A DNA stretch of 64,000 nucleotides from Lysobacterales bacterium. Its GTDB lineage: Bacteria; Pseudomonadota; Gammaproteobacteria; Xanthomonadales; SZUA-36. Each line of letters starts with the position of its first letter. Position 1 is the first letter of the stretch. The notes beneath the pieces are model-generated. The model ran no database searches. It was given only the letters and a program-made list of their open reading frames with translations, and had not been told where the DNA came from. The position numbers and the translations under genes were made by a program. Below are positions 9,505-17,569 of this stretch, in pieces. The DNA is taken from assembly GCA_029859645.1 (NCBI GenBank), contig JAOUCS010000007.1:1740-65739 (forward strand), read 5' to 3'.

Positions 9505-10760
9505 GAATCTCCGCCCCCGTCACGTGCCAGCCGGAAGCCCAGGACCTGCCAGCGGGCGTCCGGATAGAAAAAACTGCGATAGCTGGCGCGAATATGGTCA
9601 CTTGCGGTCACGCATGAGCCGCCGCGAACCGTTATCTGGTTGCACATGAACTTTCCGTTGTATTCACCAAGAGAGCCGGCCAGCGGTTTGAAGCCGGGGT
9701 AGGGTGCGTATGGCGATGAGGTCCACTCCCAGGTGTCGCCGAAATATTGGTGTGAATGCCCATCGGCTGAAGCTGGGTGCCAGTATCCCGATTCCAACAG
9801 ATTTCCGGTAACGGCTGCAGGGGCGGCCGCGAGTTCCCATTCAGTTTCTGTTGGCAACCGGCAACCAGCCCAGCGCGCGTAGGCATCGGCTTCGTAATAG
9901 CTGACGTGGCAGACCGGAGCATTCGGGTTCAACGACCTTTCACCGCCGAGAGTAAACTCACTTTGCAGGTCTTGGCTCCAGTACAGCGGGCGGTTCCAGG
10001 CCCTTTCCTGGATAATGCCCCAGCCATCCGATAGCCATAGATCGGAAGTTTCGTAACCCCCGTCAGCAATGAAATCCGCGAATTCCCGGTTGGTTACCAG
10101 CCGTGAACCCAACGCATGCGCTGGAACCAGAAGCTGGTGCTTCGGTGTCTCATTATCGAAATGAAACTCGCTGGTGTCTGCCCCAATCTCCGCCAGCCCG
10201 CCCGGATGCTCCAGGAAAGTCAGGTCTGGAACAGGGTGCTTTGGTGGCGTAGAAAGATCCCCATTCACGGCGGGTTTCTGCGGATGAACAGAGAATACGT
10301 GCTTGATGTCGGTTAACAGGAGTTCCTGGTGCTGCTGTTCATGGTTAATCCCCAGGATGAGGCGTTGACGGATATCCTCCTCTAACGCACTGGACTCGAG
10401 CAAGCGAGCTATCGCTTCATCGACACACTCCCTGTATTGCATTATCTCCTTCACCAGCGGACGGCTCAGCAACCCCCTTTGAGGTCTCGGGTGCATTCTC
10501 CCTGCCGTCTGGTAGTAGGAGTTGAACAAGTAGTGATATTGCCCATCAAATACCCGGTAGTCCCGAACGAATGGTACCAATACGAACTGCTCGAAAAACC
10601 AGGTCGTGTGCGCGAGGTGCCATTTGGTCGGACTCACTTCCGGCATGCTCTGAACCACGAAATCTTCCAGTTCGAGGCTGGAGCACAGATCAAGCGTTTG
10701 ATCGCGAATCGCGTGGAAGGCAGAGGGCAGGGCGGCCGTACTCAATACGGTCTGCGCCAT
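9489..10760 (-). CDS. egtB: Hercynine oxygenase / sulfoxide synthase (DinB_2 plus FGE-sulfatase domains)
   Basis: SPTKWHLAHTTWFFEQF is the DinB-like N-terminus, and the C-terminus is FGE-sulfatase-like (RGGSCVTASDHIRASYR). I prefer the ATG at 10760; the ORF is open to 10808. It overlaps egtD by 16 nt. Confidence 0.88.
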   Translation of the reverse strand: MAQTVLSTAALPSAFHAIRDQTLDLCSSLELEDFVVQSMPEVSPTKWHLAHTTWFFEQFVLVPFVRDYRVFDGQYHYLFNSYYQTAGRMHPRPQRGLLSRPLVKEIMQYRECVDEAIARLLESSALEEDIRQRLILGINHEQQHQELLLTDIKHVFSVHPQKPAVNGDLSTPPKHPVPDLTFLEHPGGLAEIGADTSEFHFDNETPKHQLLVPAHALGSRLVTNREFADFIADGGYETSDLWLSDGWGIIQERAWNRPLYWSQDLQSEFTLGGERSLNPNAPVCHVSYYEADAYARWAGCRLPTETEWELAAAPAAVTGNLLESGYWHPASADGHSHQYFGDTWEWTSSPYAPYPGFKPLAGSLGEYNGKFMCNQITVRGGSCVTASDHIRASYRSFFYPDARWQVLGFRLARDGGGDSCPAT

Positions 10761-12031
10761 TCGACAAACTCCAGGTCGTCGACTGCGACCGGTTCGGAAG
10801 TGACCCAAAGCACGAGCCGGTGACCATCACTGAACCAGGGATCTCCGGTTAGATTTCCCTTTGGGTTATCGAACGAAACCTCACCGACTCCTCCAACGTA
10901 GCCAAATTTTTCCAGTGCCTGGGCATAGACGAGATTTTCGAGCAGGTATTCCCGGGTCTCATCGACATCCGGATCAATCTTGTGGGTCGTGATCGTTTTC
11001 GAAGTGAACCGCACGCCGATATCCCGGCTGATCTGGCCAATGAATACCGGCTCGCCTTCATAAGTCGCGCTGGACATCCAGAGACGCAGGTGATTGCGCT
11101 CGTGGATGTTCACCCTAGCTTTCTGGAAAGCCACGTCCTGTGGGCGGCCAAAAACATAAAGTCCGCTGATGGGCGAGTAACGATATTCACCACCGCTAAG
11201 AAACGAACCAATGGTTTTCAAGGTCGATGTTCTGGTTACGGTCTCCGTCTCATCCCATCCGGCGCGAATAAACGCAGTATAAATGTCCCTGGGCTTGCCA
11301 ATGATAACCAGGTTGAGTGGGTCTCCGCTTCCCTTGCCTTTCTTGTCCGTCACACAGCAGGTCATTTTCTCGAATATTTCAATGAGTTGCTGATCGTCAA
11401 GGTCAGTCCATTCGTCATCGGCGTAGAGGTTCCGCCAGTCGACGTTGTAATGATCGATATTCAGTCCTGGCACTGGTATGAAGAAAGTGAAGGTGTCGAA
11501 ATCTCGAATACTCCCGTCAATCGCAGAGCCAATGATATCGACATTGAACGCCTTTGTGCCCTCGTCGAGCTTGGAGAAAATGAAACCGGTGCGGGTTTCG
11601 CCGGGTTCTACTGACAACGTGCCCAAGCCTTGCTGTATAAAGAATTCGTCGACAACATTCGTGGGATTTGCAGCGTCTTTTTCTTTGAGATCAGCATTTG
11701 CAACCTCAAGGGGCGTGAAGTATTGGGGATCGAGCCCCACGGGCAGGAAATTGACCCCGGTTTCCCTGCTGTTGCTTATTCGCAGCCACACCGGCTGAAT
11801 ACCTTTCTTATATAGCGGCATGCCAAAGAGTTCCCTGGCCTCCTTGGCGCTCGGTACGGCCGCAGTGACTTCTATTCCATTGGCTTGCTGGGACTGGGCC
11901 CGGGCTTTCCAGTCGCCCTCCGGCATGGAACTGTCGGGGTGATAGGTGGGGGACGATGCGCAAGCGGCCAGCAAGAGCAGGGCGCCGATGGTCATAAAAT
12001 TAATGAGGAGCATTCGAACATGGAATTTCAT
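10742..12031 (-). CDS. Lipoprotein with an LssY C-terminal-like domain (paralog 1)
   Basis: Lipobox LLLAAC. The C-terminal half has DPLNLVIIG..FIRAGWDETE..ERNHLRLW, as in LssY_C. It is a paralog of the upstream gene, with an ATGA start/stop overlap. Confidence 0.75.
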   Translation of the reverse strand: MKFHVRMLLINFMTIGALLLLAACASSPTYHPDSSMPEGDWKARAQSQQANGIEVTAAVPSAKEARELFGMPLYKKGIQPVWLRISNSRETGVNFLPVGLDPQYFTPLEVANADLKEKDAANPTNVVDEFFIQQGLGTLSVEPGETRTGFIFSKLDEGTKAFNVDIIGSAIDGSIRDFDTFTFFIPVPGLNIDHYNVDWRNLYADDEWTDLDDQQLIEIFEKMTCCVTDKKGKGSGDPLNLVIIGKPRDIYTAFIRAGWDETETVTRTSTLKTIGSFLSGGEYRYSPISGLYVFGRPQDVAFQKARVNIHERNHLRLWMSSATYEGEPVFIGQISRDIGVRFTSKTITTHKIDPDVDETREYLLENLVYAQALEKFGYVGGVGEVSFDNPKGNLTGDPWFSDGHRLVLWVTSEPVAVDDLEFVEWRRPY

Positions 12032-13278
12032 TGTTCTTTACTCCTTATCGTCGCTTGCTTGTCCCAATCGAAGTTTTTGACATCCTGCAGCGCTACAGGG
12101 TCCCCGGATAGCCACATGACGATTCTTCCGCCGTCGGTGAAGAAGGCATTGTTATTAAAATCCAGTTTCGGGTTACTCACCGGGACCGCCAGGCCAGTAT
12201 CTGAATAGGCCACGGCCAGAAGGGTTTGCGAATACCAAAGGTTCTGAAGAAGGAAATTGCGCCCATCATCGATGTCAGGGTCCTGGGCGGCGCCGAAAAA
12301 GATTTCATTGATCTTATAACGCTGACCAATAGCATGCTTGATCTGCGCCATCCACACCCCGGTACCATCGTTCCTTAGTGGCGTCAGCCAAAGACTCAAT
12401 TCATTTCTGTCTGTTGTGAGCGTGCTCCTGCCGCGGCTTTTACGAAACACTGCATCCGGAGGTCTTCCGAATAAATAATTAACATTATTCAGATAGTTAT
12501 CGTCTTTTTCGTAACTGGTTTCTGACCAACCTGCACGTAGCATGGTTTGCAGGACCTCGATACCGTTTGCCACCAGGACGATATTGACCGGCTGACCTTG
12601 TCCGCTACCTTCACGGTTGGTCGTGCAGCACGGTAATTCACGCAATTCAGTGCGCAACTGCTCGATGCTCACGTCTCGAATTGAATCCTTGTCATAAAGG
12701 TTTTTCCAGTCAACTGTCGCATGATCTGGCACGAAGCCCGGCACGTTGACAAAAAAGGTAAATTCCTCATAGACCGGTTTTCCGGTGCCGGAGTAAAACA
12801 CATCGACATTAAAACTTTTGGTGCCAGTATTAGCATGCGTATAAATAAAACCTGATCGCGTTTCACCAGCAGGGATCAGGCGAGGCATGGCTGTATCCAT
12901 CAAGTGCCTCTCCATGTCCTGCCATCCTTGCTTGGAGAATTGCTTTTTGTGCATGTATGCAACTTCCAGTGGTGAAAAGTACTCCCGATCCACGCTGACG
13001 TGCACGAAACGCGCGCGGTTAGGGCTGTTGTTGGTGATTTCCAGCCACACGGGTTGAATTCCGCGTTTATAGATGGGAAAGCCCAGAATCTGTTCAGCTT
13101 CTTCCATACTCGGAACAGATGCTCTGACCTGGATAGCGTCTTGCTGCTTGGTCACCGCTCGTTGCTTTAATCCGAAGTTTTCCAGCGACTCGTAGCGATA
13201 GGGCGCCGTGGAGCATGCCGTCGACAAGACGAGGAACAGGCCGAGTATAATCAGCTGATCCCATCTTCTATTTAACAT
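12028..13278 (-). CDS. Lipoprotein with an LssY C-terminal-like domain (paralog 2)
   Basis: The signal MLNRRWDQLIILGLFLVLSTAC has a lipobox. QPVNIVLVANG..MLRAGWSET..RNELSLW is LssY_C-like. The possible starts at 13296 (TTG), 13287 and 13278 (ATG) all lie inside dif. Confidence 0.7.
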   Translation of the reverse strand: MLNRRWDQLIILGLFLVLSTACSTAPYRYESLENFGLKQRAVTKQQDAIQVRASVPSMEEAEQILGFPIYKRGIQPVWLEITNNSPNRARFVHVSVDREYFSPLEVAYMHKKQFSKQGWQDMERHLMDTAMPRLIPAGETRSGFIYTHANTGTKSFNVDVFYSGTGKPVYEEFTFFVNVPGFVPDHATVDWKNLYDKDSIRDVSIEQLRTELRELPCCTTNREGSGQGQPVNIVLVANGIEVLQTMLRAGWSETSYEKDDNYLNNVNYLFGRPPDAVFRKSRGRSTLTTDRNELSLWLTPLRNDGTGVWMAQIKHAIGQRYKINEIFFGAAQDPDIDDGRNFLLQNLWYSQTLLAVAYSDTGLAVPVSNPKLDFNNNAFFTDGGRIVMWLSGDPVALQDVKNFDWDKQATIRSKEQ

Positions 13279-13297
13279 AATATACATTATACGCAAT
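13270..13297 (-). other. dif: dif, the XerC/XerD chromosome dimer resolution site
   Basis: The minus strand reads ATTGCGTATAA-TGTATA-TTATGTTAAAT. E. coli dif is GGTGCGCATAA-TGTATA-TTATGTTAAAT. This is 25 of 28 identical, with the XerD arm and central region perfect. Confidence 0.85.
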
Positions 13298-13323
13298 TAT
13301 ATCCGGAACATTAGAATGGAACT

Positions 13324-14436
13324 TCAGGCAGCTTCCTCGGAACCCCCTTCCGTTAGTGCTTCCCTGCCTTCTCCATCGGTAATCCAGAATATGTACAACT
13401 GGTACCCAAGCGCCAGGATGACGGCGCCAATAAACAAACCAATAATTCCGGCAGTGATCATTCCACCAATAGCGCCCAGCAGTATGACGAGCATGGGAAC
13501 GTCCACACCGCGTCCCAGTAACAGGGGCTTCAGGAACGTGTCGCTGATACCGACTAACACGGAATAAACGAGGAAGATGGTGGCGGGCACTGGCTCGGCG
13601 ACGGAAAATACCCACAACGCGATCGGCACCAGGATGAGGGTTGGAGGTAATTGCGCGATGCACAAAAATAAAATAATCATGGCCCATATACCGGCACCCG
13701 GTACATCCATTACGACCAACCCAATAGTCGCGAGCGCAGTTTGAATGAAAGCCACGCCGAGAACACCCTTGGCTACGCTGCGTATCGTGGCTACCGTAAG
13801 GTCAGCAAAATTCGCGCCTTTGTCACCCGCAAGCCGCCGGCCTATTCGCTTGGTAGCCTCGTAGCTTGCATCGGCGGACAACATCAATGCACCTGAGATC
13901 AAAATGGACACGATGAAACCCAGCAGGCCCATCGTGGTGCCGGCAATTTTCTTGAGCAGCCAACTGCTAAAGCTTTTGACCTGGTCATGATACTTGTGAA
14001 GTGTTGCTTCAATATTAGTTGAAGCCTCACCCCATACGCTGTACAACCGTTCTCCAACCAGCGGCCATTCGGCCACTTTTTCATTGGGCGGCGGAACCTT
14101 CAGGCTGCCCTCTTCAAGCGATTGTGCAAGGTTTTGAGCGGTCTCGATACTGGAACCGGTAAGCGACCAGGCCGGTATGATCAGGATGGACAGGAAAACG
14201 ATTATGATAATCATTACCGAGAGTTTTTCCTTATTCCCCAGCGCTCCGGCAAGTTTCCTGTGGAGAGGATAAAGCGCGACTGCAATGACTGCTGCCCAAG
14301 TCACCAGGCCGATGAAAGGTTTTATGATCGCGATACACCATGCGGCCAACAGAAACAGAAGGCCGATCTGTATCGCCGCTGCTGTCGCGTTCTTGGTGAA
14401 AAGCTGGGTAGACATGGCTGAAGGGGTGTCTGACAT
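13324..14436 (-). CDS. AI-2E family transporter (PerM/UPF0118)
   Basis: 370-aa polytopic membrane protein with the typical AI-2E C-terminal region (FLKPLLLGRGVDVPMLVILLGAIGG). Confidence 0.8.
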   Translation of the reverse strand: MSDTPSAMSTQLFTKNATAAAIQIGLLFLLAAWCIAIIKPFIGLVTWAAVIAVALYPLHRKLAGALGNKEKLSVMIIIIVFLSILIIPAWSLTGSSIETAQNLAQSLEEGSLKVPPPNEKVAEWPLVGERLYSVWGEASTNIEATLHKYHDQVKSFSSWLLKKIAGTTMGLLGFIVSILISGALMLSADASYEATKRIGRRLAGDKGANFADLTVATIRSVAKGVLGVAFIQTALATIGLVVMDVPGAGIWAMIILFLCIAQLPPTLILVPIALWVFSVAEPVPATIFLVYSVLVGISDTFLKPLLLGRGVDVPMLVILLGAIGGMITAGIIGLFIGAVILALGYQLYIFWITDGEGREALTEGGSEEAA

Positions 14437-14476
14437 GATGGTCTCTCCGTTTTTCTTCTGTCAAATTTTCATTCAA

Positions 14477-15667
14477 TCACGACTGGCGTTTCACTTCCAG
14501 CGCTATGCCTTTTCTTCCGGCCAGCCACATGAGAACACAGAACCCAACTAGAAGAGGCGCACAAGCGAGAAGCACCCCTTTCCACTGCCAATGAAACAGA
14601 AACCAGCCAGAACTCAATGAAGCGATTGCCTGGATCGAAAACACGAGGAAATCATTACCGGATTGAACCCGAAACCTCTCTTCCGGACGGTAACCCAGTG
14701 GCAGCAGATTGGTGCCGCTCAGAAATAGGAAATTCCACCCTACTCCCAGCAGGATCAATGCCAGCCAGAAGTTCAGGAATTCGGTGTTCAGCGCTGCAAT
14801 ACCAAGGCAGATAACATAGACCATCACGCCAGACCACAGCATGCCTTTGTAGCCAATTTTTTCACAAAACCAGGCAAACACCAGCGACGGAAGATACATG
14901 GCTGCAATATGGGATTGAATGACAAACTTGGTCGCCTCCAGGCTGTGGCCGGAGTGCGTGTGCATGCTGATGGGGGTGGCGGTCATGATGAAGCTCATGA
15001 TTCCGTAACCCAGTGCTGCCGCGCTGACCGCCATGATGATGACGGGTGAGCGCAGAATCTCCAACAGCGGCCGGCCCGAAGAAGATTGGGCAGATTGCTT
15101 GATCTCGGTGTCACGGTAGAAACTGATGATCGAAAGACCCGCTACATAGCTTCCAGTCAGCAGCAGGAAAGAACCGGCGTACTCGGTTGCCAGCAGTTCC
15201 CTGCCCCGCACCGCCAACTCGGGACCGACGAACGCGGCCAGTATGCCGCCCAGCAGCAGAAAGGAAGTGGCTTTCGCTGACTGCTCCGGCGGTACCGATT
15301 CCAGTGCGGCAAAACGGTACTGGTGCCCCGCTGCACCCGCCCAGCCCATCATGAACGCCGCAAGGCAAAACGCGGAGAAGGAGTCGCTGAGCAAACTTTG
15401 CATCGCAGTCAGCGCCGCCGCAATTGCAATGAATCCGTAGGCAATGAAGACGCGGCGCCTGCCGAACTTGTCGAGTAGTTTTCCGGTTGGAAGAGTGGAA
15501 CTGGCGACGCCGACCACGACCAGTGCAATGGGTAGTGTCGCCAGGTCCGTGGAAGGCGCGAAATCAGTCCCGATGATACCGGCCAGCAACACCATCATCG
15601 AGGTGCCGGCCATCATCAGGGAGTAAGCGATCATCAACCGCCAGACCATTCCTGGCAGGTGTTTCAC
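14477..15667 (-). CDS. MFS transporter
   Basis: 396 aa with about 12 predicted TM helices. The loop GKLLDKFGRRRVF is MFS motif A-like. Confidence 0.8.
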   Translation of the reverse strand: MKHLPGMVWRLMIAYSLMMAGTSMMVLLAGIIGTDFAPSTDLATLPIALVVVGVASSTLPTGKLLDKFGRRRVFIAYGFIAIAAALTAMQSLLSDSFSAFCLAAFMMGWAGAAGHQYRFAALESVPPEQSAKATSFLLLGGILAAFVGPELAVRGRELLATEYAGSFLLLTGSYVAGLSIISFYRDTEIKQSAQSSSGRPLLEILRSPVIIMAVSAAALGYGIMSFIMTATPISMHTHSGHSLEATKFVIQSHIAAMYLPSLVFAWFCEKIGYKGMLWSGVMVYVICLGIAALNTEFLNFWLALILLGVGWNFLFLSGTNLLPLGYRPEERFRVQSGNDFLVFSIQAIASLSSGWFLFHWQWKGVLLACAPLLVGFCVLMWLAGRKGIALEVKRQS

Positions 15668-15748
15668 TCTCTCAGCACTCGCACCATCAATCTAAATCCG
15701 GGTCGCCGAGCAAAAGAAGGCAGTATTTGTTACCGCGAATAACCCGCC

Positions 15749-16594
15749 CTACCAGGCAAAAGTCATTGCCACGACCGGGCCACTATAGGTCAGGTCCAGC
15801 CTGCCCCGCCAGTCATCTTTTTCCGCCCCGCCGTTCAGGTTGAAGTACTGCCAGTAAAGATCAAATCCAACGTGGCGCCAGGCCTGGAAATTGACCCCGA
15901 CCGTCGTGTTCCACAGCGTCCCGTCGTAGTCGCCGATATCCGCGCTGATCCAGTCCACCCGCGCATGCAGCAGCCAGCGCTTGGCCGGGGAAAAGTTGTA
16001 CCAGGCCCCGATGTTGGGCAAGACCTGGCTTCCGCCGACCTCGTCTCGTTTGAACTCGAAATCTTCTTCGTTAACCGCGATATCGCCTTCGATGTAAATA
16101 TCGATGTCAATATTATGAATACCCACGCCTACACCGAAATCATGCCGGTCGTTCTTGATCCAGCTCCTCCCCACCATCAGGCGTGCGATACTCATTTTCA
16201 CTCCGGCGCCTACCAGGGAGCCTTCGCGGAAAGTGTCACCGTCCCACTCGATGTCCTTCGTTAAAACCGCTTCACCCTTGGCGCTGTTGGTGAAATACTG
16301 CCCGAACAGCGACCATTTTCTTTGCCCGCCGAACTTCCAGCGCAATTGCCCGTTCCACAGGGTGTTGTGACCGGAGACGCCCAGGCTGTCTTCAAAGTCG
16401 ATGTAGTCCCCGTCGTCGCCAGGATCCGTTCCATCCGCCTCGGCCTTGAAGGAATTACTGGACCTCATCCAGCCGATCGAAGCGGTGAAATTATCGGAAA
16501 GTGCTGGGTGGTAATCGTAATCCTGGGCCAGCAGGGGAGCAGTTACAGTCATCAGCAGCAATGCCACCAGGCAGCAGTAACATAATCTTGTCAT
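15749..16594 (-). CDS. Hypothetical outer-membrane beta-barrel protein
   Basis: Signal peptide ending APLLAQD, alternating amphipathic strands and a C-terminal aromatic residue (..MTFAW). Confidence 0.55.
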   Translation of the reverse strand: MTRLCYCCLVALLLMTVTAPLLAQDYDYHPALSDNFTASIGWMRSSNSFKAEADGTDPGDDGDYIDFEDSLGVSGHNTLWNGQLRWKFGGQRKWSLFGQYFTNSAKGEAVLTKDIEWDGDTFREGSLVGAGVKMSIARLMVGRSWIKNDRHDFGVGVGIHNIDIDIYIEGDIAVNEEDFEFKRDEVGGSQVLPNIGAWYNFSPAKRWLLHARVDWISADIGDYDGTLWNTTVGVNFQAWRHVGFDLYWQYFNLNGGAEKDDWRGRLDLTYSGPVVAMTFAW

Positions 16595-16673
16595 TTCAGT
16601 CTCCGGACGTAGTTTCCTCTCACCAATATTCTAACCCAGCCGTTTGATTGAAATCGTAGCTTTTTAAATCTGT

Positions 16674-17384
16674 TTAATGATGCTGGTGGCCCGCTTCCCC
16701 GGCCGGGCCCATGGCGCCCCACATCATCAGAATGGTCCAGATCGCCAGCACGACCAGGGCAAAACCAATCAGCCTGCGAACCGTGCGATCTTCGAGAAAC
16801 GAGGCGAGTGCCGGCGCGGCGGCGGTCAGGCCCAGCATGGCAGGCAGGGTGCCGGCGCCGAATGCCAGCATCGTGAACGCGCCGCTCATGGCGTTTGCGG
16901 TGGATGCCGCCGTCATCAACACCGAATACACCAGCCCACAGGGAATCAGCCCCCAACAGGCGCCCAGCGTTATTCGGCCCAGCGCGTCCTGGCGGTTGCT
17001 TGCCCTCATGGCCAGGGGCATGATCTTCTTCCATAGCCCCGCCCCGCCCCGCTCGATAAATTCTAAGCCGCGGAAATTGAACAGGAACTTAAGGCCAATC
17101 ATCATGATCATGATGGCGGTCAACAACCGCAGCCACCGGGCTATGGGCATCAGGCCGGAGACTCCACCCAGCACAGCAGCGGCTGCCAGGCCTAATACCG
17201 CGTAGCTGCCCAGTCGAGCCAGGTTGAACTGCAGCGCAGGCACTACTGCCCTGCCCTTCGACATGGCGCCCAGGCCTGCGGCAATGCCGCCGCACATGCC
17301 AAAACAATGTCCGCTACCCAGTAATCCGGCAAGGAAAGCCGTGGTCAGAACGGCAGGGTCCATCCAGCCTGTTTCTGGAGTCAT
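16674..17384 (-). CDS. TauE/SafE- or DsbD_2-like membrane protein downstream of ccoS
   Basis: 236 aa, polytopic, with an HCFGMCGG motif. It overlaps the ccoS stop by ATGA. Confidence 0.65.
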   Translation of the reverse strand: MTPETGWMDPAVLTTAFLAGLLGSGHCFGMCGGIAAGLGAMSKGRAVVPALQFNLARLGSYAVLGLAAAAVLGGVSGLMPIARWLRLLTAIMIMMIGLKFLFNFRGLEFIERGGAGLWKKIMPLAMRASNRQDALGRITLGACWGLIPCGLVYSVLMTAASTANAMSGAFTMLAFGAGTLPAMLGLTAAAPALASFLEDRTVRRLIGFALVVLAIWTILMMWGAMGPAGEAGHQHH

Positions 17385-17569
17385 TTTTTCTCTTCCTCCT
17401 TGTCATCATCGGGGTGTGGCGGGGGTTTCTGGTCGTCGTCCAGAACCACGCTCCAGCCGTGTGATTCGAGATCGTCGAACTGGCCGGAACGAATCGCCCA
17501 GACGAGGGCCCAGACGGCGACCGCCAATAGCATCAACGCCAGTGGAATAAGGACATAAAGCATATTCAT
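17381..17569 (-). CDS. ccoS: cbb3 oxidase maturation protein CcoS/FixS
   Basis: 62 aa. MNMLYVLIPLALMLLAVAVWALVWAIRSGQFDDLE is the CcoS signature. Confidence 0.9.
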   Translation of the reverse strand: MNMLYVLIPLALMLLAVAVWALVWAIRSGQFDDLESHGWSVVLDDDQKPPPHPDDDKEEEKK

